DNA of 64,000 nt. It comes from Nibricoccus sp. (GTDB lineage: Bacteria; Verrucomicrobiota; Verrucomicrobiia; Opitutales; Opitutaceae). The number at the start of each line of letters is the position of its first letter. Position 1 is the stretch's first letter. Positions 36,731 through 46,307 of the stretch are shown here, in pieces. The stretch is taken from positions 64,001 to 128,000 of the forward strand of contig JASGHG010000001.1 of assembly GCA_047602425.1 (NCBI GenBank). Reading direction: 5' to 3'. Position numbers and translations under genes: made by a program. The notes under the pieces were generated by a model. The model was given only the letters and a program-made list of their open reading frames with translations. It did no database searches and had not been told where the DNA came from.

Positions 36731-38413
36731 TCACCACTCCAACACAAGCAATGTCACCGCTTGCCTTGGCAACGCTATCTCCAGCTGCGCAATATTGTTC
36801 TTTATCGAGATCGACGCAGGAGTCTCGTCGATCCGGGCCAGTTGACCCGCCTTTTTCATCTGGTCGTATTGTGATTCGTTCGGCGCACCCGGCGAGCCTA
36901 GCCGCAACCATTCCGCGTAGGCATTGCTGTGAGTTTGATCGATCTGAAACCTGGCCAGTTTTGCGGTGCCAGCCTTGAGCGGCAGGTTCGACAGCGCCAG
37001 CGACACGCGCGCTTCCGGTCCGGCCACATCGTCGTCGTGATAATGCCAGATCATGACGCAAAGTTTGTTGCTTTCCAAACTGGCAAGCGCAGCCACATCG
37101 GGAGCGCCGCGCACGCCGTCCTGGATCATTGCGTCGACTGAAATTTCTCCCGAACTGTTTGTCGTGACACGTTGTCCGCCCATGCGACTGAACATGCGGA
37201 ATACATTCAGCACAGGAAGATCGATGCCGTTGGTCGCCAGCACACGTTGACCGGCGAAATACGGTTGATCCTCAAATTCAAAAGCCCACGTTACCGCTCC
37301 TTCGAGGTTCACGCCATGCCGATCAGCGAGTTGATATTTGCGGGCAAAACTAGCCGCAGTATAACTCGAATACATCGTGCCCGCGCGATAGCCGAGCTGA
37401 GGTCCCTGGCATGCCGCACAACCGTCAGGATCGGATTCGCCGAGGATGATGGGCTTGTTTTTCAATTCAGGCACCGCAGCGATTTTCTTAAAACCGTTGT
37501 CGATAGCCTTAAGTTGGGCACTGATGCCGAGCCGCACGTGTCCATCGACAAAACTCGGCGATCCCTTCGCGTGAAACGCAAGAAAATCGGTCGGCGTCCC
37601 GGGTAAACCCGACGCATAGTTGGTCCCGCTGACGATATGCTTCAGAAACCCATCCATAAAAGCGCCGCCACTGCCCGCCGCATGTGGACCGCCCACCCGC
37701 GCGTTCGGCAGTGCGCGGCGAATACCGTCGATCGCATAATCATGCAGTTTGTACCATTCTTCCGGTGTGCCTTTCCAGTAGTGCCCATTGGCTTCATTCC
37801 AAACTTCCCAATACCACGATTCGACTTCCGCGCGCCCATAGCGTTCGACGCAATGCTTCACCCATTGATATGCGAGTTCGCGCCACTTGTTGTAATCTTT
37901 CGGCGGATACGCCCAGCCGGTGATGATGTTTTCGTAACGCAAACCCGGCCGCCATTCGTGTTGGTAAGGCTCGGGATGGGTGGACAACGCCTGCGGCATA
38001 AAACCTAGCTGGGCAAACGGCCGCACACCCCGTCCGATGTACGCGTCGAAGATCCGATCCACGACCGTCCAGTCGTAGACGGGCCGGCCTTGGGTGTCTT
38101 CGGTGTAAACGTTGGTGCTGCCCCACTTCAACGCCGGCGAGCCGTCACCCGTACAGAGCATGTTATGCGCGCGAAAATAAACCTGCTGCGGCTTCAGCTC
38201 GCCGAGTTCGGCGAGCAATTTCCTGCCGTCTTTCATTGTCGCGTAGTTAGGTTCGTCCGCCCCGAAAAAACGCCAGATGGGTTTCATCTCGCCGACCGGT
38301 TTGCCAGCGTCGACCTGAATGGAAACAGAAAACGAAGCGACCGCCTCGGTCGCGCCAGCTACCACTGCAAAAGCCGAAACAAACAGAAGAGATAAAAAGA
38401 CACAGAGTTTCAT
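36731..38413 (-). CDS. GH39 beta-xylosidase-like hydrolase
   Basis: YFRAHNML, LGFMP, WYWEVWNE, VGGP, FHAKG, ILGESD; start ATG 38413. Confidence 0.88.
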   Translation of the reverse strand: MKLCVFLSLLFVSAFAVVAGATEAVASFSVSIQVDAGKPVGEMKPIWRFFGADEPNYATMKDGRKLLAELGELKPQQVYFRAHNMLCTGDGSPALKWGSTNVYTEDTQGRPVYDWTVVDRIFDAYIGRGVRPFAQLGFMPQALSTHPEPYQHEWRPGLRYENIITGWAYPPKDYNKWRELAYQWVKHCVERYGRAEVESWYWEVWNEANGHYWKGTPEEWYKLHDYAIDGIRRALPNARVGGPHAAGSGGAFMDGFLKHIVSGTNYASGLPGTPTDFLAFHAKGSPSFVDGHVRLGISAQLKAIDNGFKKIAAVPELKNKPIILGESDPDGCAACQGPQLGYRAGTMYSSYTAASFARKYQLADRHGVNLEGAVTWAFEFEDQPYFAGQRVLATNGIDLPVLNVFRMFSRMGGQRVTTNSSGEISVDAMIQDGVRGAPDVAALASLESNKLCVMIWHYHDDDVAGPEARVSLALSNLPLKAGTAKLARFQIDQTHSNAYAEWLRLGSPGAPNESQYDQMKKAGQLARIDETPASISIKNNIAQLEIALPRQAVTLLVLEW

Positions 38414-38444
38414 GAGATGCGTTCGAGCGAAGTTGCCGCAGACG

Positions 38445-39545
38445 TTACCGCGGTTTCTGTCCCGGTTGCGGGCCGAGGGGCGGACCACTGAGGTCCTCGC
38501 GGTATCTATTGACGCGGAGATTGTCGCCAAGATCCTCGATTTCGTAAATTTTGCCACGTGCTTTCACGAAAGGTTGATGGACCACCAGCATGAGCTGCCC
38601 TTCGAAGGTGCGAAACAACATGCCGTGTCCGCTGTCGTTGCGGACGAGCGGCGGCAGTTGCTCCCACGGGCCTTTGAGTTCGCCGGACTTGGACCGCGCA
38701 ATGGTCTCCACGTAGCCATCTCCGCCAAAACTGTTTTTCTCGTAGCTCGACCAGAGCATAAGGAGTTGGCCGGTCTTTGTGCGGTAGAGCTGGGGACCGT
38801 CGGTCACATAGATCGCAGATTTGGCGCTCGGCACAGCCTGCTCATTGGTCCACGGCGCATCGGAACCTTTGAACAAATGGATCGGTTTACCCGCCGCGGC
38901 CGACAGGTCGTCCTTGAGCGGAATCGCCTCAATTGTGCCGTCGATTTTCTGGATCCACTCATGCGCGTAAACCATCCAGGGCTTGCCCTCGGTATCCACG
39001 TAAAGCGTGCCGTCGAGTGTCATGAAATCGGGCGGAGTCACGGGACTGTCCTTCTTGATCAACTCAAAAGGTCCAAGCGGCGATTCGCTCACGGCAATCA
39101 CCGTGCCACGCATTGAGTTCGGCTCGGAGGCCAGCGCCGATGGTAGCGTCTTGCTGCGATTGTGCAGTGTGGTGAACAAATAATATTTTCCTCGATAGGC
39201 ATGTACTTCGGGCGCCCAGGCATTCTCTTGCGGAGCGGCCCAGCTATCGTCTGGACAGGTGAAGACAAGAAACGGACCTTCCCACGTGGCGAGGTCTTTG
39301 CTTTTGTAGGCGTAGGTGCCGGTTCGGTTAAGTCCGGTAGCGTGGGTCGAAGCCGAGGTGTAAAGAAAGTAGGTCCGGCTCGACGGCTCCGGCAATATAC
39401 ACGGATCGTGCAGCGGAATATCAGGAAGCCGAAGTCCGGCGCGCGGCTGTGCAGGTGCAGGTAGTTCGGTCTGAGTCTGCGCAGCGACATTCAGGACCAA
39501 TGCCGTGGTAAAAATTCGAAAGAAAAAGCAAGGAATGGAACGCAT
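38445..39545 (-). CDS. GH43 glycoside hydrolase
   Basis: LHDPCI, WAPEVH..GKYYL, TLDGTL, TDGP, GHGMLF; signal peptide. Confidence 0.9.
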   Translation of the reverse strand: MRSIPCFFFRIFTTALVLNVAAQTQTELPAPAQPRAGLRLPDIPLHDPCILPEPSSRTYFLYTSASTHATGLNRTGTYAYKSKDLATWEGPFLVFTCPDDSWAAPQENAWAPEVHAYRGKYYLFTTLHNRSKTLPSALASEPNSMRGTVIAVSESPLGPFELIKKDSPVTPPDFMTLDGTLYVDTEGKPWMVYAHEWIQKIDGTIEAIPLKDDLSAAAGKPIHLFKGSDAPWTNEQAVPSAKSAIYVTDGPQLYRTKTGQLLMLWSSYEKNSFGGDGYVETIARSKSGELKGPWEQLPPLVRNDSGHGMLFRTFEGQLMLVVHQPFVKARGKIYEIEDLGDNLRVNRYREDLSGPPLGPQPGQKPR

Positions 39546-39673
39546 GCCTGAAACGGGGTGGGTGTTGCTGTGATCATGCTCGATTCCAATCGTTGCGGAC
39601 GGGATTCGAGAGGGTAAAACTATTCCTATCGTCGTTCATGCCAAGTCCCGCTGACGCCGTACCGTCCGACTCA

Positions 39674-42382
39674 TCAACGATTCTGCTCACCCAACTCAGG
39701 TACGCCGGGTTCATCGAGGAGCTGAATGTTTGTGGCAGGGCCAAGATTAGCCTCCGTGTCCCAAGAGCGCAGCGCCCAGACGACTTTTTTCTCCGGCGTG
39801 ACCTCCACTACTTGAACCGTTGTGGGCCATTTTTTTGGATCTTTAACACCGTTCGGGCACCAATTGGAAATCACCGTATTGCCATTCTCCAGGCGATTAG
39901 CCTCCTGCAAGCTGAACAATTTGATATCGGGAACATCCTTCTGCGAAAATTCCCAGACAATTTCGCCGCGCGCGTTTACTTCCCGCACGAAACCTTTGTT
40001 GCTAGTGACAAGTGTATTTCCATTCTTCAAACGCGTTGCCGACCAAGGCGAAGGAATCGCAAGCGACCAAAGCACATTTCCGCTCCAATCGTATTCAGCC
40101 ACCTTGTTATTATCCATATGCGCTGCCAGCAACGTTCCGGCCTTCGTCATTCGGACGCGACGGAACTGGCCATGCACTTTCTGCGGATTCCCTGTCGGTA
40201 AAATGATTTCCTTCTCCATTCGACCCGTGGCCCATTCGATGACCATCGCTTTCGCAGGGTTGCCATTTTGCACAATCATCACGCGATCAAGCCCAAGCGG
40301 CTGCGCGACGTGCACTTCGCAGCCCTTCGGCGCATCGTAACTCCAGATAATTTTTTTCTCAGGCGTGACCAATTTTGCACCGGTCATGTGTGCAAAGAGG
40401 ACGTTGCCGTTCGAGAGCCTGGTCGCGTCGCTGTATTCCTGGATCGTACCCGCCTCATTCTTGAGTGGCATGCCGTAGCTCCACACCACCCTGCCCTCGC
40501 GCACAACAAACATCGTCTGCATGGAATTACGATGATCCCACTCACCCGCGTAGAAAAACGCATGCTGCGCGAGGCCATTGCCGGGAAGCACGTCGGGTGA
40601 GTAGGCGGTTGTCACCGCAGTTGCGGCAGGGTCCACCACGTTCCCGTTGTCGAGCGGCAGATAGATCAACTCGATGCCCTTGCCGTTGGCCGGATCGAGA
40701 TTTCGCGAGTAGCGCCGCGTGTCATCGCCGTCCCAATGTTCGTGTACGCCCAGGCTCTCGACCGGGCTTCCTCCTTGGATATAGTTCGTCTTCGAAGGCG
40801 CATGCTGTGGATCGGCCATCTCAACCAGGTAATCGTCGGCGTTTTCGCGGATGAGAATGCGAGGCAGATTATCGTTAATGGGATCGCCATTGTTTTTAGT
40901 TTGAGAATGCAAAATATCGAGACCGACGGAATCGAGCGCGACGCCGTCTTGCGAAAGCAAGTAGCTGGCGGGCCAGTCGGGATTCTCATAGGGTTCCACG
41001 CGGTTGTTGAAAGGCGGATTCGGAAAGTGCAGTGGAAAGGATTTCCACTTTCGACCGCAATACAGGCCGTCGAGCATGTATAGGATAGTTTTGCCACCCA
41101 GCGTCGGCGAGGCCGCGAGGTCGACCATCGGCGAGTAAGCGCCGTGTTTGGCCTTTTGGGCGGTGTCGATGTCGGGATGAAACTCGGGCGTGCCTTTTAC
41201 CGATCCGAAGTGGTTTTTGCCAGTCATGGTCACCGCGGTCTGCCCTTCGTCCCCATCCTCCATGGTGTTGTAGGGGTACGAGTGTAATTTGAGCAACGCG
41301 AGATTGATCAAGTACGTGGCATCGCGAACCTGTTTCGGGATCATTTTGGCATCCCTGTAAGGTCCGCCGCCGGAATAGGTCATGGCTTCGACCCAATCGG
41401 CGCCTTCCAGACCATGGTGATCGCCATAGGCGGGGTTGATTGGTTGGGCGTTGGATGCGGGTTTGTATTGCACAAAACGCACGTCCTTAAATTCCGACCA
41501 CACCTTCGTCAGGATGGCTGGATTGATGAAGCGTCGGGCGTCGTAGACAATGATCGCTTCTTGAGGAAAGTGCGCTTCGTTGACGAGCTGGCGCACCATG
41601 GCGAGCACGGTCTGCGGAGCAGTGTCGATTTTATTGTCCTCTTCGATCGCGCCTTCGCTGTTGTTCAGGTTCACTTTGACCGCAATGGTTTCGCCCGGCG
41701 CGTAGCCTTGTTTGAGGCCGCGGACGCGCTGATTGTAAGAGCGCAACAACGCCTCCCAAGCCGCGCTGTCGGCAGTAGTGCCAGTCAACTGTTGCAGGGC
41801 TTTCGAGAGCATCGCGGAAACGCGGACTTGGTCGGTATTCGCGTCCAGCCACCATTGATCTTCTTTAAGTTTCCACCGACCCGCCCATTTGGTCGCCGGT
41901 GGATCGCGCGTCCACACCACACGACCGGGATAAATCCCCCGGGCTGCCCCAAGCGGCTGGTTGGCCGGACCAGGCGTCCAATCATATTTCCCTTGCTGGG
42001 GAAACTTGCTCGGAAACTTGCTGCCCGGCACAGGTGGTTTCGCGGAATCGTCCCCCGCGGCGACACTCTGCAAACTCGAAATATTTATCCACAAAAGCCC
42101 ACTTGCGACAACAACGACAGCCGCGATTCCTACGACCTTCCTGCGCAATTTGGAAAACGCAAAATGAGCCGAAAGCAACGTCACCATCCAAATTACTAAA
42201 CTACTAGCCAGAGGAAACGCCGCGCGCTGACAAGGATAAGCAGCCCTGCTCGGTTTCGGAATCACCCGAATCGCAAACCAGAAGAGAGCGACCGCGCCCA
42301 CACCCAAAAATGCGATGCGTGCCCACCCAGAGGCGAGATGTTGTTTGAATGTTCGAAGGACTTGAAATGGGCGACGTATCAT
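39674..42382 (-). CDS. DUF362-like domain fused to a C-terminal beta-propeller
   Basis: IRVIPKPSRAAYPCQRAA leader, GIYPGRVVW, IAVKVNLN, LINLALLKLH, TMTGKNHFG, VHEHW; then repeated RL.NGN.L / G..VW propeller blades. Confidence 0.75.
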   Translation of the reverse strand: MIRRPFQVLRTFKQHLASGWARIAFLGVGAVALFWFAIRVIPKPSRAAYPCQRAAFPLASSLVIWMVTLLSAHFAFSKLRRKVVGIAAVVVVASGLLWINISSLQSVAAGDDSAKPPVPGSKFPSKFPQQGKYDWTPGPANQPLGAARGIYPGRVVWTRDPPATKWAGRWKLKEDQWWLDANTDQVRVSAMLSKALQQLTGTTADSAAWEALLRSYNQRVRGLKQGYAPGETIAVKVNLNNSEGAIEEDNKIDTAPQTVLAMVRQLVNEAHFPQEAIIVYDARRFINPAILTKVWSEFKDVRFVQYKPASNAQPINPAYGDHHGLEGADWVEAMTYSGGGPYRDAKMIPKQVRDATYLINLALLKLHSYPYNTMEDGDEGQTAVTMTGKNHFGSVKGTPEFHPDIDTAQKAKHGAYSPMVDLAASPTLGGKTILYMLDGLYCGRKWKSFPLHFPNPPFNNRVEPYENPDWPASYLLSQDGVALDSVGLDILHSQTKNNGDPINDNLPRILIRENADDYLVEMADPQHAPSKTNYIQGGSPVESLGVHEHWDGDDTRRYSRNLDPANGKGIELIYLPLDNGNVVDPAATAVTTAYSPDVLPGNGLAQHAFFYAGEWDHRNSMQTMFVVREGRVVWSYGMPLKNEAGTIQEYSDATRLSNGNVLFAHMTGAKLVTPEKKIIWSYDAPKGCEVHVAQPLGLDRVMIVQNGNPAKAMVIEWATGRMEKEIILPTGNPQKVHGQFRRVRMTKAGTLLAAHMDNNKVAEYDWSGNVLWSLAIPSPWSATRLKNGNTLVTSNKGFVREVNARGEIVWEFSQKDVPDIKLFSLQEANRLENGNTVISNWCPNGVKDPKKWPTTVQVVEVTPEKKVVWALRSWDTEANLGPATNIQLLDEPGVPELGEQNR

Positions 42383-42505
42383 TGGGGCTCACTGTGCGCT
42401 CGCAGCAAATAGCTGTCGAATGCGTGGTGTTACGATTTCACCGCGGCGTGTTTTCGGGATGATTCTCGATCTTACTGAAGCCCCCGTAAATAAGACTTCC
42501 CGACG

Positions 42506-43684
42506 TTACGCTTTTGCGGCATCACTCGGACGACGCCGATGCAACGAATCGGCACGAAAGGCCTTAGGTGTGAGCCCCGTTTCGGCATGAAATGCCTCGA
42601 TCAGCCTCGACGGCGCGGGATAACCACACTGAGCCGCGATGGCCTTCAGAGGCAAATCCGTTGCCCTCAAAAGCTGCCTCGCCCGCGTGATGCGTACTCG
42701 TCGAATTTCCTGCAACGGTGTCCGATTCAGGAAACGTCGGAATCGCCGTTCCAACGATGCCCGCGAAATCTGCGCCAGCTTCGCCAGGTCATCGATTGCA
42801 AGCGGCCGGTCGATCGATTCATTGATCGCTGTGATGAGTTTCGAAAGAATTGGATCTTCCAGCGCAAGCGTTCGGGTCGAACCACGCGCCAGTACACCCA
42901 GCGGCGCTACGAACACCAGATTGCGAGCAAGCCCATTCCTCAACAACATGCGATGCAGCATTCCCGCCGCCTTGTAGCCGATTTCATCGGTGTTAAGGCT
43001 TACGCTCGATAGACCGGGCCAGACCAAACGCGATAAAGGATCCTCATTATCCACTCCCAATACCGCGACATCGTCCGGCACTCTTAGTCCTGTCTGCCGG
43101 ATCGTCTCGAGCACGAAGCGTCCGCAAATATCGTTGCAGGCCATGAGCGCGAAAGGCTTCGCGCATTTTCGTAACCACTTCGCCAGGGCTTTTTGATCGC
43201 GCATGCCAGGCACTTTACCCAGCGGCTGAAAGACAGCGCACGCCTCCCCCGCTTCCACCACCGCTTTGCGAAAAGCCTCCGCGCGCACTCGCACGTAGTC
43301 GCCTTCCGCCAGACCAACAAATCCGTACGTCGTTGCGCCCCGTTCCATCAAGTGTTCCGCGCCAAGACGTCCGACAGCCGCATCGTCGCTCTGCACGCAG
43401 GCGGGATTTTCAATTGCGGCCGGTTTGCACACATAAACCGTTGAAACATCCATTGCCTGTACCCTCGGCAGCAGTTTTTTCTCGTTCAACATTACCACAA
43501 GCCCGTCGGGACGCCATTCGGCCATTGTCGCGATACCGGCGCGATGCGGCTCAACCACACGGAAGAGACAATAGGGATGATCCTCAGCGAAATCCGCCAC
43601 TCCGCGCAATACGCCGCGCCCGTATTCGGTGTCGGCTGAGAGCAAGAGTCCGATTTTAAAATTTCGCGGCGGATTTTTCGGCAT
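42506..43684 (-). CDS. XylR-type regulator (periplasmic-binding-like sensor plus AraC HTH)
   Basis: YGRGVLRG, ACND, VPDDVAVLGVDN; C-terminal SRASLERRF..LLRATDL..IAAQCGY..F..ETGLTP. Confidence 0.9.
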   Translation of the reverse strand: MPKNPPRNFKIGLLLSADTEYGRGVLRGVADFAEDHPYCLFRVVEPHRAGIATMAEWRPDGLVVMLNEKKLLPRVQAMDVSTVYVCKPAAIENPACVQSDDAAVGRLGAEHLMERGATTYGFVGLAEGDYVRVRAEAFRKAVVEAGEACAVFQPLGKVPGMRDQKALAKWLRKCAKPFALMACNDICGRFVLETIRQTGLRVPDDVAVLGVDNEDPLSRLVWPGLSSVSLNTDEIGYKAAGMLHRMLLRNGLARNLVFVAPLGVLARGSTRTLALEDPILSKLITAINESIDRPLAIDDLAKLAQISRASLERRFRRFLNRTPLQEIRRVRITRARQLLRATDLPLKAIAAQCGYPAPSRLIEAFHAETGLTPKAFRADSLHRRRPSDAAKA

Positions 43685-43771
43685 GATGGCTTTCCGCCAA
43701 AGCTATCTCGAATGGCGAAAATGCCACAAGAACACGTGCAATCAAACAGTCCGCCAAATCCGGTGACAGGG

Positions 43772-45730
43772 TTATCGTTTCTGTTCGTTGGTGGTATCGC
43801 CCCGCTGTCGGTGCCGCGCGACGTTGCCTTCGATCCTGGTCATCATCTCTTTCATAATCGCCTCGCGTTCTCGAAATAAACTCCAGACGTCGCCGGGCCG
43901 GTGCGCGCAAACAGGACTATTCAACGCCGCGATCAGCCGAAAACGATCTTTCGGACTCGGATGCGTGTCGTCCTCCGTCGTTTCTCGGTTGATAGATTTT
44001 TCGTACTCCGTTTCGAGTGCCTTGTCGTTTTCAATTTTAAACTCGTACAGGTTCGCCAGCGGTCGCTTTGCCTCGATGCCGGCCGTCACCTCGATGTCAG
44101 CGTTCCGATGAAACTCGATGCTGCGACGCACCACATGCCGCAAGCCGCCTTCGAATGCGGGCGCGCCGTAACACTGCGCCGCCACTCGGTCGGCCAAAAC
44201 TTCCTGCAGCCGTGTCGCTCCGTGGCTGATCCGTCGAAAAATGAAATTATATAGCCGAAGGAAATGAAAGGCCACGTTGTAGTAGGTCGCCTGCCCCGCC
44301 TCGTACATCGCGTAATAAAATTTCATGATGTCGTTCTGAACTCGCAATGCGATGTCGCCCCCGGCCGTGTCGCGATTTGAAAAATGGCCATACTCGTGGG
44401 CAAGCACCGCGCGAAAGTCATCGATTTTGAAATCCTTCAATACTCCCACGCCCAAAATTAAAATGCGCGTCGCCTTGTTCTGCAATTTCTCGCGCCAGCT
44501 GCCGCGCTCGTAAACCGCCAGTTCCGTGCCCGTGGTAATACGTATCTCGTCAATTGGCCTTGTATTCACGGCCTGCGCCACTTCCTCGGTCAAATTCCAG
44601 AGCTCTTCAGCCTCTTCGCGTTTCAATTCACGGCCGGGGTCTTCCGATTTTACCCGGACAAAAAGCGATTTGATCAGCGAATAGATTGTCGCGATTCCTC
44701 CGATGCCAAGAATCAGCGCCAATTTGATTGGAATGCGTCCAATGCAGAGGAATCCATAGAAAATCGCCACCACAATCCCGACCACCAACACCACCACGAT
44801 CGGCAGAGAAATATAATAATATACGCCGGCTATATTGATTACCGCCCGGTAAATTTGCCGCAGCCGGTGCTCGCCCGGATTGACGGTGAATCGCAAATTC
44901 GCCCGCTCCGCCTGTCGGAGCGTCAGCTTCGAAAGCATAAAGCCAGTCGCAAACAACACAACCAATCCGACGACCCAAAGTCCGATGGTCATGCCGGTGC
45001 GATAGGCAAGCCGCCAGCCCGATGCCCGCGAATGAATGCCCGAATCGAGAAACCGTTGCGCGTTTTCGTGCGGCAAACCCAGTTTCTCCGCCTTTAACAT
45101 TTCGTCCTCCGCCCGCATCCAGTGTTCATCGAACGCAGCCACAACAGCGGCGAAATAGTGCGTCACCATTTCCTTCGGATATTTTGTCTCCAGCTCCGTC
45201 ACAAACGTCCGGAATTCCGTCGCGGCATTGAGCTGCAATGCCATTTGCGCGGCCATGCTGAGCGTGTCGCAATCGTCGCCACCCGGCATGGACAAACATT
45301 CCTTGATCAATTCCAGCGCTCGTCGTTGCATCGCGGTGTCGTTCCTTTTCTCACCCGCCGCGGATAAATTATAAGCGTACGAGCCGAGATTCTCCGACGA
45401 ACGCCTGATCGCGATCGCTTGCTCGCCACAGCTGAGTCCTTCATCGATTTTTCCCGATTGCACAAGCGCGGCGCCAAGGCGTCTCAGCGCGACATCAAAA
45501 TCCGGCACCTTGGTGCAAACTTCCTGAAAAAGTCGCACCGCTTCAGCCATATCACCTTTGTCCAAAGCCACCGTCGCCCCGCGAAACACGGGCAGGACTG
45601 ACGGTTCCCGTGCCTCCAGTTGTTTTTCGTAGTCTTTCTCACGGACCATATCGCGGCCACGCGCGGCCATTTCGATTGTGGCTAGCAAGAAGCTCAAACC
45701 AGCCGTTAGGAGTAGCATCCCTCTCTTCAT
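43772..45730 (-). CDS. M48 metallopeptidase with N-terminal TPR region
   Basis: Signal peptide, TPR helices, three TM helices, LAHEYGH, EVLADRVA, DTHPS..R. Confidence 0.88.
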   Translation of the reverse strand: MKRGMLLLTAGLSFLLATIEMAARGRDMVREKDYEKQLEAREPSVLPVFRGATVALDKGDMAEAVRLFQEVCTKVPDFDVALRRLGAALVQSGKIDEGLSCGEQAIAIRRSSENLGSYAYNLSAAGEKRNDTAMQRRALELIKECLSMPGGDDCDTLSMAAQMALQLNAATEFRTFVTELETKYPKEMVTHYFAAVVAAFDEHWMRAEDEMLKAEKLGLPHENAQRFLDSGIHSRASGWRLAYRTGMTIGLWVVGLVVLFATGFMLSKLTLRQAERANLRFTVNPGEHRLRQIYRAVINIAGVYYYISLPIVVVLVVGIVVAIFYGFLCIGRIPIKLALILGIGGIATIYSLIKSLFVRVKSEDPGRELKREEAEELWNLTEEVAQAVNTRPIDEIRITTGTELAVYERGSWREKLQNKATRILILGVGVLKDFKIDDFRAVLAHEYGHFSNRDTAGGDIALRVQNDIMKFYYAMYEAGQATYYNVAFHFLRLYNFIFRRISHGATRLQEVLADRVAAQCYGAPAFEGGLRHVVRRSIEFHRNADIEVTAGIEAKRPLANLYEFKIENDKALETEYEKSINRETTEDDTHPSPKDRFRLIAALNSPVCAHRPGDVWSLFREREAIMKEMMTRIEGNVARHRQRGDTTNEQKR

Positions 45731-45824
45731 GTTTTGGGGTTGAATCTGGACCGCTCATTGAGCCGAACGGATTGCCTGAGGCAATCCGAAACCGTCTGGG
45801 GCTTCCCCAACGCACCGCCTGTTT

Positions 45825-46151
45825 TCAGCCCACCAGGTAAAAATACGCTTCGTTCTTTAAAACCACTGGCATGAGCCAAAACTTCAGGCCTCCCTTTTCA
45901 TAGAGCGGATCGTACGTCGGCAGCTCTCCGGTGAAGATTTCCGATGGTTCCCAAGCCAAAGGCCGTTCCGAGAACGCCTGGGAAATCACAGCTTGGGCGG
46001 TACTGATCGCAAAAACGCGGGCCGCTGGTTCGTCCGGCACGCCAAAAGTCTGCATCACACGAGCAGGGTCAACTTGAACGAGGTAATTCACCCGCTCGGA
46101 ACGATCCTTGGAATCCAGTAATTTCGCCTGGATCAACTGCAGTGGTTCCAT
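45825..46151 (-). CDS. Hypothetical protein (108 aa)
   Basis: ATG 46151 (MEPLQLIQAK); fills the intergenic gap co-directionally; no motif recognised. Confidence 0.55.
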   Translation of the reverse strand: MEPLQLIQAKLLDSKDRSERVNYLVQVDPARVMQTFGVPDEPAARVFAISTAQAVISQAFSERPLAWEPSEIFTGELPTYDPLYEKGGLKFWLMPVVLKNEAYFYLVG

Positions 46152-46307
46152 GCCCACATTCCACCACCAAAACGCCTCTCCCGCAAGGCCGCATAAGCGG
46201 GGTGTATTCCTCAGGCTGGAACGGAAGATTTTGAAACAAAAACGCCCGCCGCTACCCGGCATTTCCACCATCGCCGCATCGAAGCGACGGTGGACGAGCG
46301 TGGGCGT

